This document shows, in pieces, positions 1 through 10,518 of a DNA stretch of 34,171 bases; position 1 is the stretch's first letter, and the number at the start of each line of letters is the position of its first letter. The stretch comes from Xylographa opegraphella (taxonomy: Eukaryota). The stretch is taken from contig JALDZX010000114.1 of NCBI GenBank assembly GCA_022813865.1, positions 1 through 34,171 on the forward strand, given 5' to 3'. Made by a program: the position numbers and the translations under genes. The notes below the pieces were generated by a model that was not told where the DNA came from, did no database searches, and worked only from the letters and a program-made list of their open reading frames with translations.

Positions 1-62
1 GTTTACCCATATATTCTGCTAGAATGACCACTGCGCTTCAGTACCCATCGTACCTTTCAACA
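1..62 (+). mobile_element. Possible 3' end of an LTR, truncated by the window edge
   Basis: Normal-GC segment ending ...CCTTTCAACA at 62 just before AT-rich DNA. The ending resembles that of the solo LTR at 18457-18656 (minus strand ...CATTTCAACT). The 5' end and TSD are not visible. Confidence 0.3.
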
Positions 63-890
63 GTCCCGTTTTAATTATAAACAAATTTTAAATTTTATTA
101 TAATATCGCGGTAAATTTTAATAAATGTTTTACTATTTTTATTAATTAAAACTTTAAAAAATATAAAACGAAATTTAAAATTTTATTCAACTACGATTTA
201 TATATATTTTGTTTTTCGAGTTTCCGGCGCTGTTAAATTGCTTTTAAAATTAAATATATATATTTTTAAATTTTTAAAAATTTAAGCCTATTTATATAAT
301 TTTAAATCGAAATAAATCTTGTTAAATCAATAAATTTTATATAAAATCGATAAAAATATTAAATTAAAATATAAATATACTAAAAAACGCGTATATCGTT
401 AAATTTATTTAACGAGTCTTTATAAAACGGCTAAATATTTATAAAATGGTTCAAATAAAATATTTTTTATTATTGATATTAAAATAAAATTCATAACCCC
501 AGTGGAGATCGTAATTTATTTATAAATTTAAAATTTTTGTTAAAATAATTTAACTAAATAGTCGTAATTATATAATTAAACTATTTCAATATAATTTTAT
601 ACGAATGGCTTTATATTTTTTATTTTTAATAATTAAACGTACGTAAATTATTTTATTTTAAAATATAATATTTTAATACTTCAAAAATCTCGGCCTCGCG
701 AAAAAGAGCTGTTTTAAAACGTAAAAAAAAGCATTTTTATTATTATTCATTAAAGTAAAAATCCGCGCCCTTTTAAACGCATTAAAATATTAATATAAAA
801 TCATTAAAAGGTAATTATAACAGTTAAAAAACAATAACAACAACGCGTTTGTGTTATTGTTGTGTTCAAATGTGATTAATACGTCTCGCT
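63..890. repeat. AT-rich RIP-like degenerate repeat block, unclassified
   Basis: Very AT-rich, TpA-rich, CpA/TpG-poor, residual C/G mostly in CpG, no credible ORF. Confidence 0.8.
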
Positions 891-1094
891 TTTTTCTCCC
901 CTGCAAGACTGTGTACCTACCCGAGCTTCCTAAGGTAAATAAGGTAGGTAGGTAAGGTACCTTACACTGGCTTGACTGAGTTTGTGGCATGTGAGCTCTA
1001 GCCTGATTCGGACTGGGCGCCAATCTGAACGCGAATGCCTAATGCAGCGCTTCGTGACTTTGCTCCTCGAAAAGCTACATCGCACAAAGCATTC

Positions 1095-3906
1095 ATGGCC
1101 GACTACGAGCGAAGAAACGGGTATCGAGGAGGTAACAACAGTCGTAAACGGCAACGCTATCGCGGTAGGTCGGGCCACAAGTCCGATCTGAACAAAGCAA
1201 AGGAGCTGACCTTTGGTGCGAAGAGGACGACGATTTTGAACGCCGCCCTCAGCGCCGTAGGTATGAGGAGCCAGCTCACGTGAAGCTGCGCAAACAGCTA
1301 CTAGGGCTAGCTGAGTCGGTAAGTTCGAGTTGCACCCCTTTGTACAGTGACGATTGATTATCTTGCAGCCTGTCAAAAAAACCGAAGATGAAATCAGTTA
1401 TATTGCAAAAGCCGTGGCCGAAGGCTTCGAGGATGACGAGATACGAAATAATTTCTTGGATCTTGCCTCGCAACTGTGAGTATCTCCGTCCAGGCGCTGG
1501 CTGTGGAGGCTGCGCTGAATTTAATGCCAGCATTGTCGAACAACCTCTGAAGATCCCATTCGTGGCTGCCATCGTCCTAGCTGCGAACCCCGCAAAACCT
1601 GAAGTGGCCGAGGAAATGCTGTCACGGGCTGGCAAGGCGATGCAAGAATATCTGAAAGCCGGAGCATGGCGCGAAGTCAAACTCGTGCTCAGATTCCTGG
1701 CTTGTCTTCAAGGCCTCCTCGAGGGAGAGGGTGTCTTTCCTATCCTTGAAGACTTATTCTCCAGGGCTGTTGACCTTCAGACAGCATCTTCCGAAGACGT
1801 ATGAACCTGAGTGCTCATTTTACGGGGCGAACGAAAGCTGACTTGTACTTTTCCAGGGGCTCGGTCTCGAACTCGTCAAGATCATTCTTCTCACCATCGC
1901 ATATCTAATGGCCTCGTCAGCGACCGGGTTGGAAGAGCAAGCCCTTGCTATGTTGGAGAAGACGGACATCATCGCATCGACACCGCACGCACTTGAAGCT
2001 TTAGTGGACCCATATCCCGGAAATGAGGAGATGAATACTCATGAACCACAGAGTGTGATTGCTCTTCTACAACGTCAGTTGCAGATGGAAGCCGGTCAAG
2101 CTTGGAAGCTTGCTTGTGTGCCGCGTCCGTGGAAAGTTGCGACAGAGCCACAGCCACTAGAAGAGGGCTCAAAACACTCGGTTCCGGAGATCAGCATTCC
2201 TTCACCAGTTTCTTCTGGAGCACAGCCCCGCCTCCCCGAAATTTACTTCTCCGTCTACGCCGACCAGGAGCTTGAGACTGTCCCTCCTGTAGGAGATATT
2301 GCGTCTTCTGTTCTTCGCGACTCACTTGTTGACACTATCAACGTCCTTGACTACAATCGTAATGCCACTGCCAGATTCCTTGTCGAACTTGACTGTTACT
2401 TTGCTACGGACACATTCGTCAAGAGAGCTACTCCTTTTGATAAGTTACGTGATGTAAGGGACGAGCGGTCGACTTGGAAACCAGAAGATGTGGCTGTCGA
2501 TGCTGTATTTTCTCAGCTCTTCCAGCTTCCACAGCCCGAGCATAAACGCGTCTACTACCACTCTGTCCTGACTGAAGCTTGCAAAATTGCGCCGGCAGCC
2601 ATTGCACCCAGTCTTGGTCGTGCCATAAGATACTTGTACAGGGGTGTTGATTCGATGGATCTCGAATTGGAGTACCGCTTCATGGACTGGTTCTCACACC
2701 ACTTGAGCAATTTCGGTTTTACATGGAAATGGACAGAATGGCATGTATCCACTCGCTCGCTCCGGTTGGCAGCACTAACATCGAGCAGGGTCGATGATGT
2801 AGAGCTTTCCCTGGCGCATCCGAAGAAGGCTTTCATGATCGGCGCCCTAGAGAAGGAAATACGGCTGAGCTTCGCACAACGCATTCGAGGCACGCTTCCG
2901 GAACCATATCAGCCTCTCATCTCCGAAGATAAGGAAAAAGACACGCCTGATTTCAAATACAGTTCCGATCGTCCGTCTACACAAACCTTACCTTATCTTG
3001 CCTATGACTGATCTTCATGTAGTAACTCCTTACGCTGCCCAGGCTCGCGATATTCTGAGTCTCCTTCGAGCCAAGAGCCCCGAGTCCGAGATCGCTATTC
3101 CAATCACTGCTATCCAAGATCTTGCCATCGATCAGGGCCACCCGGACGTCCTCGTTCCTTCTACCGATGCTTACGTTACCAGCATCTGCTTTCTCGGTTC
3201 GAAATCCCTCTCACATGTCCTCTCGTGTATCGAGCGCTGCAAAGAACGCCTCCTAGCCATCGGCTCCAGCAGTGAGCCCGCGCGTCGCCAGATCATCACA
3301 AGCGTCATGGAATATTGGGCGGAGAAACCGGGCGTCGGCGTGAACATCGTGGACAAGTTGCTCAACTACACAATCTTGACCCCAACATCCGTCATCGAGT
3401 GGGTGCTTGTTGATCAGCTCGCGCGTGGCAAGATCCTTGCTCATGCGCACATCTACGAGATGGTTGCCAACACAGTACACAAGGTCACGAATCGGGTGCG
3501 GCAAATTGCCGTTGCGCGCAACCGGCACGGGCTACGAGCCGACCAGAAGGCATTGCTCGACGAGACACTGGAAAAAGAGAGACTGGAGATGAGGACGCTG
3601 TTTACACTCGTAGAAGACGCGCTGAAGAGTGTCGCGGAGGGGAGCGCGGATGCAATGGCTGAAAGTGCGGACCAGGATGACGAAGGCGAAGCGTTGCTCC
3701 GAGGATGGGGTAGAAGGTGGTTGAGGGTGTTTAGACGGAAGCTGGCGGTGGAGGAGGCATGGGTGTTGGAGATGCTGGATGTTGGGGATCGGATGGAGCC
3801 GCCGGAAGGGGCGGGACTACGCGGGAACGGGGTGGACAGTGAGAACGGACACGCGGTGACCGTTGGGGTCGAAGGGGTGGATATGATGGACGACGAGATT
3901 TCTTGA
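1095..3906 (+). CDS. STO1: Nuclear cap-binding complex large subunit (CBP80/NCBP1), ~829 aa, 7 exons: 1095-1164, 1224-1318, 1369-1475, 1531-1798, 1857-2740, 2789-2970, 3023-3906
   Basis: Spliced frame is open (2490 nt). N-terminal NLS-like RKRQRYREDDDFERRPQRRRYEEP, then IVEQPLKIPFVAA, YYHSVLTEACKIAPAAIAPSLGRAIR, WFSHHLSNFGFTWKWTEW, EKEIRLSFAQRI, GSKSLSH, all typical of fungal Cbp80. Introns are GT-AG except intron 5, which is GC-AG. Confidence 0.95.
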
Positions 3907-4763
3907 GCGTTGCCTGTGAGAATTACGTTTTTGGAAGACGTCGGACGGTGGATTGGGACAACCAGGTCGAGAGAGTCACGCAATTTGTTGCGCGGGAAGA
4001 GGGACTCCCGTATCCTGGCAGACATCGTGAGCGGTCGGAAATAATCACTTGCGTTGCATTTTCCTTCGATGTTGGTGAAGGCGTCCAGAGTGGATTGTAC
4101 GATAGGCAGACCGAGAATGCAGCATAGGCCGTCTTGTCGTTCATTGACCGCCGAAGGTCATGGTGGATCTCCTGCCCATTGTTTTTCCAAACCACCATAA
4201 ACTTCCTCGTCCGCCTCCTCCGACCCTCGTCCGTCGTTTTTGACCAGCCGACCGCCCGTCCGTCTTTTTGCTAAAATCTACAGTTTCCTTTTTTTCCCCG
4301 GAAGCGACTTCGGCTGAGTCACCCACGTTTGTAGCAATGCTTCTCGTCCTGGGTCAACAAATGTGTGTGGGTCGACGATCCGGGGTGGGGGAGGAGCGCA
4401 CGCATCGCCGCTGGGCCGTTAGCGTCGAGTAGCTCAAACGTCACCAGTCTCGCAGCGCTGGGAAAACTGAACGTGCGAGGGATTGAAAGGGTAGAAGATG
4501 GCCTTGTTGGCATGCTTCGGATGTTCCTGTTCGATGTGCCATCTGCACGGCGACGGGGAGAAAAAGGTACTCGTTTAATCGTGAACTGGAAGGGGAATCT
4601 GTCTATATATTACATACTCACTTGTGGCACGGTGCAAACTACGTTGACGTGATGTTCCAGGCAGTGTGCTCGCTAGGATCCGACACAGGTCCCACGCGAC
4701 AGGGGCAGAGATGCGCCGTAAGTCGACTTCATTTCCATATTGCTCGTCGGCCATTCCTCTATA

Positions 4764-5939
4764 TTATTGGACTTTCTTAGAGATCTTCTGCACCTGCGCA
4801 CCGTAATCCCGGTCATCATTGCCTTCCACAAACTTTTGGACGGTCTCCATTTCCGCGGTTTGCCTCTCCCACTCGGACTTGCTCATCTTGCTCTCTCTCG
4901 AAAATAATTCGATGTTCGGGGCACGGTATGATCCTCCCAATCGATCCCAGAGAGTGGTAAATTGGCCATAGTTGTAGTTGAAGTACAGATGGTGCATGGT
5001 GTGGCAAGCTGCGCCGTTGATGATGGGCGAGTTTGAGACGTATTCGCCGTCGTCTGCAAAGAAAGGAGGTCGGTCAGTCAGTTATGGGTGTGTCCGGAAT
5101 GGCCAAGGTTGACTTACGGATTGCAATGGTCCAGATATTGATCGTGACGAAGAGAAAAATGTATGCAAACTTCTGCAAGGGAAACAGGAAAGGGAAGACA
5201 TGATATGGCACACTCTGCGCCCATCCGTCTACAGGATGAAAGGCGTGACTTGCGAACGGGGTGGGCATGATCCACTTGTGATGCGGCTTGTGGAAGGTCT
5301 TGTACATGCGCGGATGATGCAGTCCCCGGTGAATCCAATACACGAAAAAGTCGGTGAAGAGGATGAAAAGGGGGAACTGTAGGATGTTGTACAGAGCGAA
5401 CGGTGCTTCTGCGGGAGCATCGTATAGCTTGGCGTATCCCTTGACTTCGGCGAAAAAGAAGGGCACAGTCAGAACTGCCATCAGAGGGACGGCCTTCAAG
5501 GTCTGGGCGATCTCCAGGCGCACTTGGTTCTTGAGGTACTTCGGATGCGTGAAAGTCGCGTGATCGAAGACGAGGAAATACGATAGGGAGGCGAAGATGA
5601 AGTACACCAAGGTACCAAAGAGCCTGGAGAGCACTCAGTCCGAATATTGGGGCTATCTCGTGGGCGCAGGACATACCATGTTATGAGATACAAGCTCAGC
5701 AATTGCCTCCACATGTTATCGCGCGACCATGCACTCATGTATGCGAAGTGCGATGGTTCGAGCTGCAAGAAGCGGCTGGCATGGTTGAGAGCAGTCGGCA
5801 TCTCGCGCATACTTGAGAAGGTGGAGGTGGCAGCATGTCGGACCGTGTTTCTGGTGTAGGTGATGGAGGATGTTGGTAGCAAGACAGCGTACAGGCGATC
5901 GAAGACGAAGGTATCAAAGACCTCGAGCACGACGTCCAT
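4764..5939 (-). CDS. ERG3: C-5 sterol desaturase, ~352 aa, 3 exons: 5939-5677, 5623-5118, 5053-4764
   Basis: Histidine boxes HRGLH, HKPHHKW, HTMHH, plus [13 protein letters not shown] and [21 protein letters not shown] introns at 5676-5624 and 5117-5054 give an open 1059-nt frame. Confidence 0.96.
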
Positions 5940-6428
5940 GGTCGTACGGGGAGACCGCCAGTACGGAAATATGGATCTGATGAGGCTACTGGGCGGGCAA
6001 TGGAGGCAATGAGGGACGGCCGAGATGCTAGAAAATAAACGTACTGTCGGAATGGAGTTGTAGCAAACAATGAGGAGGAGGGGCGAAGAAGTGCAGTTGG
6101 AATGAATAAAGTGCGGAACGATAAATCACGGCGAGTACAACGGTGAAAAATAATGCCTGCGAAGCTCGGCGGATAAGGTACCTAGCCCTATTACTACTAC
6201 TGAGCAGTTGTACTCTGTAGCACACTCTACGTACCTGCCTATACTGGATCTGTATTAGTTCGCGCACCGTTGGCGGACGCGAAGCGTTGGGGCGTGGCCG
6301 GAAGAAATTCCGGACCGCAACCTGCAGGGGGCTTCCTCACGATTTATTACCTTACGTAAGGTACCTTATTATTGTGGTTCGACATTTGCCCTCTCGGCTC
6401 CACGATGTCCGCGCTCGGCTGGAGCGGC

Positions 6429-6435
6429 TGACTCA
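6429..6435. promoter_or_regulatory. TGACTCA (Gcn4/CpcA/AP-1-type site) ~490 bp upstream of ERG3
   Basis: Exact consensus heptamer, but a single occurrence that could be chance. Confidence 0.25.
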
Positions 6436-6559
6436 GTCCCTCTCCTATCCTGAGGTACCTAAAGTAGGTATGCCTATTCCCCCGGCTGGCCCACACGGCA
6501 GCAAACACGTCGGGCGGTTACATCTTGATTGTTACATGAGTATCAACAACGAGCCTGGG

Positions 6560-6593
6560 CTACAGCCTACAGCCTACAGCCTACATACAGCCT
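6560..6593. repeat. (CTACAGC)n 7-bp tandem repeat, ~4 copies
   Basis: ctacagc ctacagc ctacagc ctacatacagcct read directly. Confidence 0.8.
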
Positions 6594-7106
6594 GCCTGTA
6601 TCATACGAACAATGGCAGCCGCCGACGCAGCGCGGTACAAGCGCTTGGGACCGACGCTGTTGGATCAATCCCACTTGACGGCGCGTCTACGTTCGAGGCT
6701 GGCATGGAATACACTTCATTATCCGATGTGTCAACACAAGACGCTGTAAACGTCGGAATTGCAGCCACAGCTGGCCAGTGGCCAGTGGCCATGCTCCCGC
6801 CCACGCTTACTCGCATTCTCTCGCGAGTCCCTCTACCATGACCGGCGATCCTGAGTTGCGCGATGCTAAAGCATGTCTCCGTGCGTCCCCGCCCAACCCC
6901 CCCCGATGCACCCTTCCCACCCCTGTTTACTCCAGGTGTGGTCCACCTTCTCCCAAGACCTGTTTTCCCAGCCTCATCTTGCTCGCCCCACCAACCTCCA
7001 GTTGTTCCAGTAGCGTCCGTACTTGGCAATTGCTCGCTTTTCCTCCACTATGATCAGATGGCCGCTGAGATGGTTCCGCCCGTGATGCACGCTCTTGCTC
7101 TGCTTG

Positions 7107-8363
7107 TCATCGGACAGTGGGGGGGGGGCTGCTGCTGCGGAGTGAACCTTCGTACCTGGCTGTAGCGAAGGGGCCAACAGTCATGGAGATTCGTCGATCC
7201 TTCCCGCGCCCCTTGATTCCTTTGTTGCTGTTCTTGTAAAGTGCCGAGAAGTATTCCCAGAGCTCCTTGTCGGTGGCTGACACCATATCTCCTTCCTGCA
7301 TTGAGGCAAATGTGCGCGTGAGCCTTCGCAGCGCTTCTACGTGGAATTTGTTTTGATGGGACTGCATTGTGACATTTTAGCTGGTGTTTGTGGCATGGAG
7401 CTGTGCAGCCTGATACCTTGAGGTTCCCCAATTGAGTAAACTGTTTTTCACACCCCTCCAGTCTGCAGGAGAATGGTTTTGTCTGTTGATGAACAAGACG
7501 ATGTGCCCGGACGTTCCCTCTTTGTGCAAATCGCTTGCCACACGCTTCGCACGAGTATGGTCGCTCCCCTGTGTGCCGTCGCTCGTGGGTTTTGAGGTTT
7601 CCCAACTGCGAAAAGCGTTGGCCACAGGACGACTCTTTGCAAACCTGAAAGCCAACCCGAGTCAGAGCTCCATTTCACACAGGACCCAATTATTACTCAC
7701 GAAAGGCTTGTGCCCAGTATGGGCCCGCATGTGTATGTCAAGATGCGTTTTCTGGAAGAAATGTTTGGCACAGGAGACAATGTTGCACGTGTATGATTTA
7801 TTTGCTCTGACTTCACTCGTCTTCAGAGAAGGTAGGTTGTCCATACTAGCGTGCGGGCCACTTGCAATGCTATTCTCGTCTCTGGTGATCAAACCTTCGT
7901 GCAAGGAATATTTCGACCGCACTCTTACTGAAGTCTTGACTTGGATCGCTCGCATAAGGGTATCTACGTGAGTGCCAAGGTTGGTTTCTCGAGAATCTGC
8001 GTCAACTTCCGGTAGGGCAGTAATTGATTGCGATGTGGTTGTTGATTCCGCCTTGATGTATAAGTCCTGGTGCCGCTTGATGAACGCATGTTGCTGGTCT
8101 ATAGTATCAGCGCTATCGGTTCCGGATGCGAATCCGGAGCCTGGGGTGACGGGTGGTTGATGGTAATATTGATAAAATGTGTCGTATGGAACGGTAGGTG
8201 TTGAGGGTGGAAAGTAATTGGCAATGGGGCATGTGTATACAACCCCGAGATTGGTGAATGGAGGCACGCTGACATCAATGGGAGACAGCACTACAGGGTT
8301 TGACGGCAAGGCCGGTAGAAGATGGTGCTGATGGTCCGACATCAGCACCACAGGACTGTTCAT
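7107..8363 (-). CDS. AZF1: AZF1-like C2H2 zinc-finger transcription factor (4 fingers), ~381 aa, 3 exons: 8363-7701, 7644-7417, 7361-7107
   Basis: [20 protein letters not shown] / [20 protein letters not shown] / [10 protein letters not shown] / [15 protein letters not shown] and the post-finger [22 protein letters not shown] signature of Azf1 proteins. Spliced frame is open (1146 nt). The start codon is less certain. Confidence 0.88.
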
Positions 8364-9308
8364 GCTGGGAAGAGTATGTCACTCCGTGTCGTTTGCCTAG
8401 TGTGCATCAGCCATGCTCGCCGAAAGGATCGAATGCATCAATTGTACAGTTGTGTATTGAAGCAAGAAAAGTGAAATCACCTTGTCGAAGCATTACAAGT
8501 CATTCTTCCAGCCCCGGTAGCACATACACATGGGACCTCAGTCTTGCAATAGCGTAAGGTACGAGGTCCTTGGGAGTGCGGTCATATGCATGAGAACGGA
8601 GGATCGGATCACACGGCCAATGCCGAACGGAAGCTTCCAGGGGCGCACGGCACTCATACAGAGGATAGAAGTCGCCGACGTAGGAGTGGACTTATAGGAA
8701 TCGATTACGCGAGCATAGCATCAGCGTGATGCGCGAAACCACTCTACTGGGCCCACGAAAGTGACAATCCGGTGCAGCAACATGGCAGTCCGGCAGCATG
8801 TTCTGACCTCGGCAAGCATGCTGGGTTCACCATGACAATGGTGGACCCGGCAATCTGGGACGGCCAATGAACGTCGCTGGTAGGACTCGAGAAAGCAAGT
8901 TGTTCGGTGGTTGAAAGTCATCTCCTGCTGCTCATGCTAGTGGGCATTAGTGAGGCTAAATGAGATCCGCACGCAGCCATCAGATCGTGTCACGCCGCGC
9001 AAACAAGCAGGAAGATTAGGGAGAAGGAACGGTCCATGGGGCATAAGTTGGCGCCATCTTGCAGTCAGATCACCCAGCTAGAGTGGGGGCCTGAGGGCGA
9101 GGTCGAGCCCCGGATGAAGGAAGTTGGGAGAAAGCTGCCGACTGGCTGCGGCATGGGCACTGGCTCATCGTCTTTGGTGCTTGGTATGTCTGGCGGCGTG
9201 AGTTGTGTTGTTGAGGGAGGGGTGGTGGGCTGTGAGGAGTCGCCAGGTTTGCATCCTACCTAGTGGCTACATGGTCGACTGTCGGATGGTGGAGAGGCGG
9301 TAGACCAC

Positions 9309-9373
9309 GGTAACGGTGAAGGTGACGGTGAAGGTGAAGGTGAAGGTGAAGGTGATAGATGATAGATGATGAT
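9309..9373. repeat. (GGTGAA)n hexamer microsatellite followed by GAT-rich repeats
   Basis: ~8 imperfect GGTGAA/GGTGAC units read directly. Confidence 0.85.
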
Positions 9374-10518
9374 ACATACCACAAGGTACATGTAGATAAG
9401 ATGGCCGCGGCCTCGGAAGCCGTGGCCATCACGACATCCGAGCTAGGACCGAAGTGGCTGCCCAGACTGGGAAGATTCCCGGTGGGGGCGAGCAAGAACG
9501 GGACGGTAGTAAGGGACTAAGAGACTCGAGGAAGATGACAATCCGAATACTCGTCACAACAATGATAGAAGTATCGCGGAGAAAAGAGAGGAGCAGATGA
9601 TTGGGCAGGGGTGCCAGGGATGGAGGCCTTTCCAACTCAGGACCGAGGAAGCTTCTCCGCCTCATCGCAATACCTAATGAGGAGCGAGCGGGAGGGAAGT
9701 GTGGATGCCAGATGGACGATATACTATAGGTAAGTAGTACTCCCTACATCGGACGGTGGTATGGGCCCCCACCCACGGGGTCAACACCACGAATCAAGTG
9801 CACCTCGAGCAGCACGCGCGGGCGATCCGAGCAAGCAACACCGCCGCCTCCCACGTCACCCAAGCGCATCAGGGGCCTGTCGCCCGCACACGAACTTCGA
9901 AAGGCGATCGTGCAGAGACGCGAACGTGGGGACGCTGCAGCTCGCACGTTGCTCGACAAGCTGCCTGTGTCACGCATTTGGTGACAGCGGACACGCTGAC
10001 GAAGGCAGGTCGCATGGAGAAGCCGTCTCAACACTCTCACATCTCTCAACGCTCTCACATCTCTCGACCGACCTGGTTTACCTGACATCACACCGTACTC
10101 CCACCCATGACCCTCGATCCCTCATCCGCGCTGAATAGTGCGTTGTGTCGGAGTGTGGAACCACGGTCTTGGGAATCGCCTTGTGCGAGTGGGGCGACCC
10201 GCCCACGGCTATCCAAACCAGCGCCGTGTCACGTCCCGAGCATGGGACGAATGATGGGAAAGTAAGATGCATTCGCATCGCCGCCACGAAAGGACCAGGT
10301 ATTTATCGGCGGCGGAGGACAGGTCTATCGCTGCGTCCCGCCTCATCACAGGACTCCTCTCCGCACCCGCGCCAGCCGTGAAAGACCGACGCCCGTGACC
10401 CGTAACCATACACACGCAACGAAAACCAGAGCTACACCTGATACCAATGGTGGGCCATCGCACACTCCACCCAGCCCTTTTGCCTTTCCACTCCACCACC
10501 CTCCATCCTGCGTGTTCA

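Noticed and set aside
3903..4660. Short ORFs between the convergent CBP80 and ERG3 genes
   Set aside because: 60-95 aa with no recognisable domain or coherent exon chain. Most likely 3'UTR/intergenic, though a small orphan gene is not excluded.
6299..6317. CGG...CCG pairs as an AtrR-type sterol/azole response element
   Set aside because: Spacings are 8 and 13 nt, not the 12 nt I recall for that element.
6287..7165. 184-aa and overlapping ORFs upstream of ERG3
   Set aside because: Mostly non-ATG starts, cross a 7-bp microsatellite and promoter-like motifs, no protein family features.
7432..7971. 179-aa plus-strand ORF and similar antisense ORFs over CBP80, ERG3 and TUP1
   Set aside because: Shadow frames of real genes on the opposite strand.
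9744..10381. Stacked ORFs of 70-125 aa between AZF1-like and TUP1
   Set aside because: GC-rich, low-complexity promoter/terminator DNA with no family signal.
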